A DNA stretch of 10,378 nt, from contig JACPCX010000102.1 in assembly GCA_016184305.1 (NCBI GenBank), positions 1-10,378 of the forward strand. The letters are read 5' to 3'. Under the pieces are notes generated by a model. It was not told where the DNA came from, searched no databases, and worked only from the letters and a program-made list of their open reading frames with translations. The stretch is from Candidatus Rokuibacteriota bacterium. GTDB taxonomy: Bacteria > Methylomirabilota > Methylomirabilia > Rokubacteriales > CSP1-6. The translations under genes and the position numbers were made by a program. The stretch's first letter is position 1. Every line of letters begins with the position of its first letter. Shown here one piece after another: positions 1 to 8,426 of the stretch.

Positions 1-10
1 GGTCGCCGGC

Positions 11-346
11 TCAGCGCCCGCCGCGCCAGCCGCCGTGGCCGGCGCCGCCGAAGCCGCCGCCGCCCCCGCCGCGCCGCTGCCCGCCACCGCCACCGCCGGT
101 CGGGCCCTTGGCGATCTCGACCTTGATCTGGCGGCCATCGAGCTGGGTCCCGTTCAGCCGGGACACGGCCTCGTTGGCCTCCTCGGCCGTCGCCATCTCG
201 ACGAACCCGAACCCGCGCGAGCGGCCGGTGTCCCGATCGGTCACCACGCTCGCGGACTCGACCGACCCCACCGCGGCGAACGCCGCGCGGAGCCCGTCAT
301 TGGACGTGGAAAACGACAGCCCACCCACGAACAGCTTCACGGCCAT
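11..346 (-). CDS. Single-RRM RNA-binding protein with glycine/arginine-rich C-terminal tail (111 aa)
   Basis: RNP2 motif LFVGGL and RNP1 motif RGFGFVEM, then a GGGGGQRRGGGGGGFGG...GGWRGGR tail. Purine-rich GGGGAAGGGG SD-like sequence lies just upstream of the ATG. Confidence 0.93.
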   Translation of the reverse strand: MAVKLFVGGLSFSTSNDGLRAAFAAVGSVESASVVTDRDTGRSRGFGFVEMATAEEANEAVSRLNGTQLDGRQIKVEIAKGPTGGGGGGQRRGGGGGGFGGAGHGGWRGGR

Positions 347-462
347 TGAAGCACCCCTTCCCCGGCTTCCGCACTGTGCACGGCCAGAACTCGGAAGAAG
401 CTCCGGACGTGGCCCGGCAGCGAGGAGGGTTCCCGATGAACCGACGCGTGCTGGGCGGTGAA

Positions 463-468
463 AGTGTA
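463..468 (-). promoter_or_regulatory. Candidate -10 element (TACACT) for the RRM gene, implying a ~110-nt 5' UTR
   Basis: Minus strand reads GTG-TACACT-TTCACC, an AT-rich TAnnnT match in a very GC-rich spacer. No convincing -35 seen. Confidence 0.4.
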
Positions 469-532
469 CACGACTCGCAGAGCCTGTGCTCCGGACGTTT
501 TCGCAGGGGTGCGGTGAAGCGGGCCCAGTGGG

Positions 533-1780
<1,248 letters not shown>

Positions 1781-1790
1781 GGGGCGCGCG

Positions 1791-2420
1791 CTACTTCAGG
1801 CCCGTCACCGCCGCAGCCTCGCTCACCGGGCGCGGGGTGGGCTTGGAGGAGATCACCTCGTCCACGATGTGGTATTCCTTCGCCTGATCGGCGGTCATGA
1901 AGAAGTCCCGGTCGGTGTCCCGCTGGAGCTTGTCCATGGACTGGCCCGTGTGGTGCATCAGGATGCGGTTCAGCTCCTCGCGCATGCGGAGGATCTCGCG
2001 GGCCTGGATGTCGATGTCGGTGGCCTGCCCCTGCACCCCGCCCAGGGGCTGGTGGATCATGATCCGCGCGTGCGGCAGGGCAAAGCGCTTGCCCTTGGCG
2101 CCGGCGGCCAGCAGGAGCGCGCCCATGGAGGCCGCCTGCCCCATGCAGATGGTGGACACCGGGGGCTTCACGTACTGCATGGTGTCGTAGATCGCCATGC
2201 CGGCCGTCACCGATCCGCCCGGCGAGTTGATGTAGAGGTGGATGTCCCTGTCCGGATCCTCCGCCTCCAGGAACAGCATCTGGGCGATGACGAGGTTCGC
2301 GATCTCGTCCTCGATGTACGTCGGGAGGAAGATGATCCGCTCCTTGAGGAGCCGCGAGAAGATGTCGAACGCCCGCTCGCCGCGCGGCGTCTGCTCCACA
2401 ACCATCGGAATCAGGCCCAT
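1791..2420 (-). CDS. clpP: ATP-dependent Clp protease proteolytic subunit ClpP (209 aa from [10 protein letters not shown]; alternative in-frame ATG at 2438)
   Basis: [20 protein letters not shown]-terminus, YINSPGG, catalytic Ser in QAASMG, His in MIHQP, Asp in DRDFF. SD AAGGAG (2428-2433) lies 7 nt before the ATG at 2420. The upstream part of the 313-aa track ORF is off-frame overlap with tig. Confidence 0.98.
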   Translation of the reverse strand: MGLIPMVVEQTPRGERAFDIFSRLLKERIIFLPTYIEDEIANLVIAQMLFLEAEDPDRDIHLYINSPGGSVTAGMAIYDTMQYVKPPVSTICMGQAASMGALLLAAGAKGKRFALPHARIMIHQPLGGVQGQATDIDIQAREILRMREELNRILMHHTGQSMDKLQRDTDRDFFMTADQAKEYHIVDEVISSKPTPRPVSEAAAVTGLK

Positions 2421-2444
2421 CGGCCGTCTCCTTGCCATGTCGGT

Positions 2445-2450
2445 AGTGTA
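2445..2450 (-). promoter_or_regulatory. Candidate internal -10 element (TACACT) for clpP-clpX
   Basis: Minus strand reads tig stop TGA-GG-TACACT-ACCGAC-ATG(2438). Same hexamer as upstream of the RRM gene. No recognisable -35. Confidence 0.45.
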
Positions 2451-2452
2451 CC

Positions 2453-3721
2453 TCAGGAGTTGATCTGGGCGCGCTCGATGAGGAAGTCGAGCGTCCGCGA
2501 CTCCCGCAGCGAGAACCGCAGGGTGCCCAGGTCCCCGCTCTTCTCCATCATGCTCCGCACTGCCGCCGCCGGCCGTTGGCTGGCCTGGGCGATGCGCTCG
2601 ACCTCCGCGTCCACCTCGGCGGCGCCGGGCACGAGCCCTTCCTTCTCGGCGATGGTCTCGAGGAGGAGCGCTCGGCGCACCGCTCGCTCCGCCCCCGGCC
2701 GCATCTCCTCGAGCAGCTTCGGGTAGTCCCACGGCAGCCGGTCGGGATCCACGCCCTGCTGGCGGAGCCGCTCCCGCGTGTGCTCGATCTGGTGCCCCAC
2801 CTGCCGGAGCACGAGCGCGTCGGGCACCTGGAACGCGTGCGCCGCCAGGAGCGCCTCCACCACAGCCTCCTCCAGTGCGCGCCGGTTCTCGCGGGCCCGG
2901 CGCGCCTCGAGGTCCTTCCGGAGCTCGGCCGTGAGCGCCTCCAGGGTCTCGAAGGGGCCCATGGCCTTGGCGAAGTCGTCGTCCAGCGGCGGGAGCACCT
3001 TCTCCTTCACCTCTTTCACCGTGACCGTGGCCTCCCCCGCGAGGCCGCGCAGCGCCTCGGTGCGGTGGTCGTCGGGGAAGCGGATGCGCGCCTGGCGCGA
3101 GCCGCCGGGACCGAGCCCGATCACCGCCTCCTCGATCTCGGGCATCACCGCCCCCTGGCCGAGGACGATCCCGTAGTCGGTCTCCGTCCGGGGCTCCATG
3201 CCCTCGGGCGTGAGCGTGTAGTCCACGATCGCGAGGTCCCCCAGGTCGGCTGCCCGCTCGACGGCGCGGTACTCGGCGTGGCGCTCCCTGAAGTGGCCGA
3301 GGGCTTCCTCCACCTCATCTTCCGCGAGGGGCTTGGGCACGTGCTGGACGGCGAGGCCCGTGTAGGCCCCGAGCGCGATGGTGGGCTTGATCTCGATGAC
3401 GGCGGCGAAGGACAGCGGAGCGCCCTCCTCGAGCCGCACCTCCTGCAGATCCGGCTCCTCCACGGGCTCGATGCGCGCCTCGCTGAGCGCCTGGCGGTAC
3501 ACCTCGGGGATCAACTGGCGCGCCACTTCCTGCTTCACGTCGTCGGCGAAGTGGATCTTGATCATGCTGCGCGGGACCTTGCCCTTGCGGAAACCCGGTA
3601 GCCGGGCTTCCTTCTGCACCCGGCTGAAGGCGCGCTCCCAGGCCTGACTCACCACTTCGGGCGCCTCTTCCACCTGGAGGCGCCGCTTGCAGGCTCCCAG
3701 CTCCTCGACGTCGACTTTCAT
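2453..3721 (-). CDS. tig: Trigger factor (422 aa from MKVDVEELG)
   Basis: Ribosome-binding signature PGFRKGKVP, central FKBP-like domain, helical C-terminal domain, canonical tig-clpP-clpX synteny. SD AGGAG (3727-3731) lies 5 nt before the ATG at 3721, preferred over the GTG at 3727. Confidence 0.97.
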   Translation of the reverse strand: MKVDVEELGACKRRLQVEEAPEVVSQAWERAFSRVQKEARLPGFRKGKVPRSMIKIHFADDVKQEVARQLIPEVYRQALSEARIEPVEEPDLQEVRLEEGAPLSFAAVIEIKPTIALGAYTGLAVQHVPKPLAEDEVEEALGHFRERHAEYRAVERAADLGDLAIVDYTLTPEGMEPRTETDYGIVLGQGAVMPEIEEAVIGLGPGGSRQARIRFPDDHRTEALRGLAGEATVTVKEVKEKVLPPLDDDFAKAMGPFETLEALTAELRKDLEARRARENRRALEEAVVEALLAAHAFQVPDALVLRQVGHQIEHTRERLRQQGVDPDRLPWDYPKLLEEMRPGAERAVRRALLLETIAEKEGLVPGAAEVDAEVERIAQASQRPAAAVRSMMEKSGDLGTLRFSLRESRTLDFLIERAQINS

Positions 3722-3739
3722 CCTCACTCCTCGGGATTA

Positions 3740-3825
<86 letters not shown>

Positions 3826-3867
3826 ACGGCCGGCGACGCGACCACGCTGGCGTGACGACCGCCCCCA

Positions 3868-3876
3868 AGGATAGCA
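3868..3876 (-). promoter_or_regulatory. Extended -10 promoter (TG-C-TATCCT) for tRNA-Leu and probably tig-clpP-clpX
   Basis: Minus strand reads TGTGC-TATCCT-TGGGGGCGG: a TGnTAnnnT match about 42 nt upstream of the tRNA 5' end, followed by a GC-rich discriminator typical of stable-RNA promoters. Confidence 0.6.
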
Positions 3877-3897
3877 CACGCCCCCCAGCCGGGGATC

Positions 3898-4332
3898 TCA
3901 GCGGCCCTGCGCCAGCCGATCCCGGCAATAGGCGTAGAGCGCGTCGTAGACGGGAAACTGGCGCGCCATGTTCTCGTGATCGTCCCGGCTGATGAGCCTG
4001 AAGCCGCTGGCCACGGCATAGAGCCCCCAGGCCTCCCCGGCGATGTCCCGGGCCTCGGTGTCGGCCCCGCGGACGATCAGCGCCAGGGCGCGGAGAGCCG
4101 GGTCCTCGATCCGGTACTTCTCGAGGAAGGCGTCGAAGGAGCAGTGGTCCCCGTGATGGCCAAGCTCCACCCCGGGCACGTCGAAGGGGATGGCGCCCTC
4201 GCGCCGGGCCGTCTCCATCACCTCGGCCTCGGGCACGAAGAGGAACTCCGCCCCGGGATCGAGGAAGCGCTGGATCAGCCACGGGCAGGCGATCCTGTCC
4301 ACGCGCGCCTTCTCGCGAGTCACCCATCTCAT
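3898..4332 (-). CDS. Chromate resistance protein, stand-alone ChrB C-terminal domain (ChrF-like), 144 aa
   Basis: Begins MRWVTREKARVDRIACPWLIQRFLDP and contains FDVPGVELGHHGDHCSFDAF, IVRGAD and YDALY, hallmarks of the ChrB-C/ChrF family. ATG at 4332 is 7 nt after the chrA stop, with GAGGGGG upstream. Confidence 0.88.
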   Translation of the reverse strand: MRWVTREKARVDRIACPWLIQRFLDPGAEFLFVPEAEVMETARREGAIPFDVPGVELGHHGDHCSFDAFLEKYRIEDPALRALALIVRGADTEARDIAGEAWGLYAVASGFRLISRDDHENMARQFPVYDALYAYCRDRLAQGR

Positions 4333-4339
4333 GAGTCGC

Positions 4340-5506
4340 TCACCCCCTCGTCCAGAAGAGCAGCAGGCCCACGGCCGCGGCGGCGGCGATGAGCACGGGC
4401 TCGGGAATCTTGAAGCGCCAGGTGAGTCCAAGCGCTACGAGCCCGATCAGGAGCGTCGGAACGTCCACGATGGCCCGGCGGGCGAGGACGAGGCACGCCC
4501 CGGCGATGGCGCCCGCCGCGGCGGCCGTCACCCCGCCCACGAAGGCCTTGACCTGCGGGTTGCCGCTCACGCGGTCGAACCACGGGAAGGGGATCACCAC
4601 GAAGAGATAGACCGGCAGGAAGACCCCGATCGCCGCCAGCAGCGCGCCCGCCTGCCCCGCCACGAGGTAGCCGATGAAGGCCACGGTGATCACCACGGGC
4701 CCCGGCGTGATCATCGCCACCGCCACGGCGTCGACGAATTGCTTGTCGTTGAGCCAGCCGTGTTCCTGGACCACGCCGCCGTAGAGGAAGGGGACGATGG
4801 CGAGGCCGCTGCCGAAGACGAAGGCGCCCGCCTTGGCGAAGAACCCGAGGATCGTGCCGAGCGTGGCCAGCGAGGCGGGCTCGCGCAGGCCCTGGATCAG
4901 GAAAAGCGGGAGGGGTGCCACCGACCAGAGCGCTGCGCGTCCTCCCATCAGCCGGCGCACCCAGTCCGGGGGCGCCTGGACAAGCAAGGCCACGACGCCG
5001 CAGAGGACGAAGAGCGTCGCGATCTCCGACTCGGTCCACGCGGTGACGACGGCCATCACGAAGAAGATGGCCCAGAGCAGCCGGTCCCGGCTCATGGTGA
5101 GCCGCGCCAGCCGGTACGCGGCGCGCACGATGATCGCGATGACGGCGGCGCCCACGCCGAGGAAGGCCGCCTGCATCCACGAGAGCCCCCCATAGCGCAC
5201 GTAGAGCATGCCGATGGCGACCGTCATCACATAGGAGGGCAGGATGAAGACGACGCTGACCAGGGTGGCGCCCCAGACCTTGGAATGGATGTAGCCGAGG
5301 CAGATGGCGAGCTGGGCGGCCAGCGGCCCCGGGGCCAGCTGGGAGAGCGCCAGCGCCTTCTTGTACTCCTCCAGGGTGAACCACTTCCGCTGCTCCACCA
5401 GGTCCCGCTGCATGTACCCCACGAGGGCCACGGGGCCGCCGAAGCCGAGGGCGCCGAGATAGAGGAAGTACCGGAGGAGCTCGGACAGACGGGGCACACG
5501 GGTCAC
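4340..5506 (-). CDS. chrA: Chromate efflux transporter, two-domain (long-chain) CHR family; start uncertain (GTG at 5506, 5509 or 5551)
   Basis: Two homologous hydrophobic halves with CHR motifs LGALGFGG...QLAPGP...FILPS and AGAFVFGSG...MITPGP...VFLP; adjacent to a ChrB-domain gene. The track ORF extension to 6004 overlaps the hydrolase and is not credible. Confidence 0.92.
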   Translation of the reverse strand: MTRVPRLSELLRYFLYLGALGFGGPVALVGYMQRDLVEQRKWFTLEEYKKALALSQLAPGPLAAQLAICLGYIHSKVWGATLVSVVFILPSYVMTVAIGMLYVRYGGLSWMQAAFLGVGAAVIAIIVRAAYRLARLTMSRDRLLWAIFFVMAVVTAWTESEIATLFVLCGVVALLVQAPPDWVRRLMGGRAALWSVAPLPLFLIQGLREPASLATLGTILGFFAKAGAFVFGSGLAIVPFLYGGVVQEHGWLNDKQFVDAVAVAMITPGPVVITVAFIGYLVAGQAGALLAAIGVFLPVYLFVVIPFPWFDRVSGNPQVKAFVGGVTAAAAGAIAGACLVLARRAIVDVPTLLIGLVALGLTWRFKIPEPVLIAAAAAVGLLLFWTRG

Positions 5507-5601
5507 CACTGGGGGTGCCGGACAAGAAGGGGGAGCGCCATACCGGCCCACACCATCCTCGACGTCCGGCTCCTGTGTGGCGTCACCTGCCCTCGGCCGC
5601 G

Positions 5602-6567
5602 TCAGGCGTCGAGCCCGCGGAGGAAGGTGATCATCTCTGCGTTGACCTCGGCGGGGCGCTCCTGCTGAGTCCAGTGGCCGCAGCCCGGAAGCATCACGAG
5701 CCGCCTCAGGCCGGGCACCGTTTCCTTCATCTGGTCGAGCGCGCGCCTCTGCATCGCGATGACCAGGTCGCGGTCGCCGGCCACGAACAGCGCGGGCTGC
5801 AACACCTTCGCGTGGTGGTAGGCCGCCATCAGCTCCCAGGTCAGGTCCATGGCGCGATACCAGCTGAGCCCCCCGCGAAAGCCGGTGCGCTGGAATTCGC
5901 TCGTGTAGAGGTCGAGGTCGGCCTCGGTGAGCCACGCCGGCAACAGCGTAGGATCCGTCAACGTGTCGAGGAACCGCGCCGTCTTCGGCATGACGGGACG
6001 CCACCCGTGCTCTGGGGGCGCATCGCCCGAGGCCGAGTAGAGCACCCGGCGGAGCGTCGCGCGCACGTCGCCCTCCAGCTCGACCTCGGCCACCCCCGGC
6101 TCCTGGAAATGGAGCATGTACATGAAGTGGTCGCCTGCCACCTGACGGAGCGCGGCAGTGGGACGGACCGAGCCCCGCGGCGAGTACGGCACGGAGAGAA
6201 CCACCACGGCGCGGAAGCGGTCGGGCCGCATCAGCGCGCAGTTCCAGGCGACCGGCGCGCCCCAGTCGTGCCCCACGATCACGGCCGTCTGCTCCCCGAG
6301 CGCGTCGAGGAGCCCGACCATGTCGCCCACGTGGTGGAGGGTCGTGTACTTCTCGATCTCCGCGGGCCGGTCGGTACGGCCGTAGCCGCGCATGTCCGGC
6401 GCGACGGCGCGGTACCCGACGGCCGCGAGCGCCTGCAGCTGATGGCGCCAGGAGTACCAGGACTCCGGGAAGCCGTGACAGAGGAGCACGGCCGGCCCGC
6501 TCCCCTGCTCGGCCACGTGCATCCGGATGCCGTTGGTCTCGACGATGCGATGGGCGATGTCACCCAT
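5602..6567 (-). CDS. Alpha/beta-fold epoxide hydrolase-like protein (soluble EH / EphA-EphB type), 321 aa
   Basis: HGFP oxyanion motif, APDMRGYG, nucleophile motif GHDWG, candidate ring-opening tyrosines (FMYM, SWYR), acid in GDRD, His in GHW, QERP. ATG at 6567 is 8 nt after the glnS stop. Confidence 0.9.
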   Translation of the reverse strand: MGDIAHRIVETNGIRMHVAEQGSGPAVLLCHGFPESWYSWRHQLQALAAVGYRAVAPDMRGYGRTDRPAEIEKYTTLHHVGDMVGLLDALGEQTAVIVGHDWGAPVAWNCALMRPDRFRAVVVLSVPYSPRGSVRPTAALRQVAGDHFMYMLHFQEPGVAEVELEGDVRATLRRVLYSASGDAPPEHGWRPVMPKTARFLDTLTDPTLLPAWLTEADLDLYTSEFQRTGFRGGLSWYRAMDLTWELMAAYHHAKVLQPALFVAGDRDLVIAMQRRALDQMKETVPGLRRLVMLPGCGHWTQQERPAEVNAEMITFLRGLDA

Positions 6568-6575
6568 GATCGGCG

Positions 6576-8270
6576 CTAGGCCTTCTCGCCCTTCTCGATC
6601 TTCGCCCAGCTGTCGCGGAGCGAGACGGTGCGGTTCCACACAGGCCGGCCGGGGGAGGAGTCCTTCACGTCCACGCAGAAGTAGCCGTTGCGCTCGAACT
6701 GGTAGCGGGTGCCGGGCGCCGCGTCCGCGAGCCCCGGCTCGAGCCGGCAGCCCGTGAGGCGCTCGAGCGAGCGCGGGTTCAGATCGGCCTTCCAATCGCC
6801 GGTCTCGTCGTCGCCGCCGGGTCGCGGGACGGTGAAGAGCTGGTCGTACAGCCGCACCTCGGCCTCCACCGCATGCGCCGCCGCCACCCAGTGGATGGTC
6901 CCGCGGACCTTCCGCCCGTCGGGCGCATCGCCGCCGCGCGTCGCCGGGTCGTAGCTGCAGCGCACCTCCACCACCTCGCCGCTGCGCTCGTCCTTGACGA
7001 CCCCGGTGCAGCGCACGAGATAGGCGTAGCGCAGCCGCACCTCGGTGCCGGGGGCCAGGCGGTAGTACTTCTTCGACGGCTCCTCGCGAAAGTCGTCCTG
7101 CTCGATGTAGAGCACCCGCGAGAAGGGCACCTGCCGCGTGCCCATGGAGGCGTCCTCGGGATTGTTGACCGCCTCCATGATCTCCGCCTGGCCCTCGGGG
7201 TAGTTCTCGATGACGAGCCTGAGCGGCCGCAGCACGGCCATGGCGCGCGGCGCCCGCCGGTTGAGGTCCTCGCGCAGGCAGTGCTCGAGATGCGCCACGT
7301 CCACGAGCGCCTCCTTCTTGGCCACGCCGATGCGCTCGCAGAACTCGCGGATGGCCTCGGCAGTGTAGCCGCGCCGCCGCAAGCCCGCAATGGTCGGCAT
7401 CCGCGGGTCGTCCCAGCCGCTCACGTGGCCGCCCTCCACCAGCTCCAGGAGCTTCCGCTTGCTCAGCACCGTGTGGCTCAGATTCAGGCGCGCGAACTCG
7501 ATCTGCTGCGGGTGGTAGATGCCAAGGGCGTCGAGGAACCAGTCGTACAGCGGCCGGTGGTCCTCGTACTCCATGGTGCAGATCGAGTGGGTGATCCCCT
7601 CGATGGAGTCCGACTGGCCATGGGCGTAGTCGTACATCGGGTAGACGCACCAGCGGTCGCCGGTGCGCTGATGCGCCACCTTGCGGATCCGGTACATGGT
7701 GGGATCGCGCAGGTTGAGATTCGGGGAGGCCATGTCGATCTTCGCCCTGAGCACACGGGAGCCGTCGGGGAACTCGCCGGCCCGCATCCGCTCGAAGAGG
7801 TCCAGGTTCTCCTCCACGCTCCGGGCGCGGTAGGGGCTCTCCGAGCCCGGCTGGGTGAGCGTGCCCCGGTGCTGGCGGATCTCGTCCGCGCTGAGGTCGT
7901 CCACGTAGGCTCGGCCCGCCTTGATGAGCGCGACGGCCCACTCGTACAGGCGGTCGAAGTAGTCGGAGGCGTGATAGAGGTGCGGGCCCCAGTCGAAGCC
8001 CAGCCACCGGACGTCGTCCATGATGGACTCGACGTACTCGGTCGTCTCCCTGGTCGGGTTGGTGTCGTCGAAGCGCAGGTGGCAGCGGTCCCCCGGGTGC
8101 TCGGTCGCCAGCCCGAAGTTCAGGCAGATGCTCTTGGCGTGGCCGATGTGGAGGTACCCGTTGGGCTCGGGGGGGAAGCGCGTGATGACCCGGCCGCCGA
8201 ACCGGCCGGAGACCAGATCGTCGGCGATCAGCTTGCGGATGAAATTGGGGGCGGGCTCGCTCGGGGGCAT
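6576..8270 (-). CDS. glnS: Glutamine--tRNA ligase (564 aa, no C-terminal YqeY extension evident)
   Basis: [18 protein letters not shown] (HIGH), [21 protein letters not shown] (KMSKS equivalent), GWDDPRMPT and the GlnRS beta-barrel anticodon domain ([20 protein letters not shown]). Confidence 0.98.
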   Translation of the reverse strand: MPPSEPAPNFIRKLIADDLVSGRFGGRVITRFPPEPNGYLHIGHAKSICLNFGLATEHPGDRCHLRFDDTNPTRETTEYVESIMDDVRWLGFDWGPHLYHASDYFDRLYEWAVALIKAGRAYVDDLSADEIRQHRGTLTQPGSESPYRARSVEENLDLFERMRAGEFPDGSRVLRAKIDMASPNLNLRDPTMYRIRKVAHQRTGDRWCVYPMYDYAHGQSDSIEGITHSICTMEYEDHRPLYDWFLDALGIYHPQQIEFARLNLSHTVLSKRKLLELVEGGHVSGWDDPRMPTIAGLRRRGYTAEAIREFCERIGVAKKEALVDVAHLEHCLREDLNRRAPRAMAVLRPLRLVIENYPEGQAEIMEAVNNPEDASMGTRQVPFSRVLYIEQDDFREEPSKKYYRLAPGTEVRLRYAYLVRCTGVVKDERSGEVVEVRCSYDPATRGGDAPDGRKVRGTIHWVAAAHAVEAEVRLYDQLFTVPRPGGDDETGDWKADLNPRSLERLTGCRLEPGLADAAPGTRYQFERNGYFCVDVKDSSPGRPVWNRTVSLRDSWAKIEKGEKA

Positions 8271-8276
8271 GGCGTC

Positions 8277-8282
8277 ACTATA
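8277..8282 (-). promoter_or_regulatory. -10 element (TATAGT) 6 nt upstream of the glnS ATG; probable leaderless promoter
   Basis: Minus strand reads GGGG-TATAGT-GACGCC-ATG, with no SD. Weak -35-like TTCCTG at 8301-8306. Confidence 0.6.
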
Positions 8283-8356
8283 CCCCGATCCCGGGCGGGC
8301 CAGGAACGGCAGGGCGCTCCGGCGGCCGGCGCCGGCTGCGGGGGCCCCGGCGGCGA

Positions 8357-8385
8357 TTGACCGCCCCGGGACCGTCGACTAGCAT
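8357..8385 (+). promoter_or_regulatory. Sigma70-type promoter for the crotonase gene
   Basis: TTGACC (8357-8362), 17-bp spacer, TAGCAT (8380-8385). SD-like AGAGGAGG at 8417-8424 precedes ATG 8427. Confidence 0.7.
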
Positions 8386-8426
8386 CGCTGGAACACCCCG
8401 AAAGCCGTCCCCACCCAGAGGAGGAC

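Noticed and set aside
15..100. CCG/GCC-rich tandem-like repeats
   Set aside because: These are glycine codons of the RRM protein's Gly-rich tail, not an independent repeat or CRISPR array.
3881..3896. Hairpin CCCC-GGCT-GGGG after the ChrF-like stop as an intrinsic terminator
   Set aside because: Short stem with no U-tract, and it overlaps the upstream part of the tRNA promoter.
5530..5572. Resemblance of the chrA leader to guanidine-III (CCGGACG...GAGG) or fluoride (GAUGGUG) riboswitches
   Set aside because: Only short words match. I could not find the required pseudoknot complementarity or the conserved 3' elements.
6568..8007. 801-aa track ORF suggesting a large N-terminal extension on the hydrolase, or a GlnRS-hydrolase frameshift fusion
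   Set aside because: The extension is an R/G/P/A-rich off-frame reading of glnS, expected at high GC. The hydrolase has its own ATG at 6567 and glnS is intact with its own stop; no slippery site was noticed.
4190..8360. Plus-strand ORFs 4190-5668, 5515-6579, 6873-8360 and minus-strand 4329-5525
   Set aside because: Antisense or off-frame shadows of chrA, the hydrolase and glnS, with no protein motifs.
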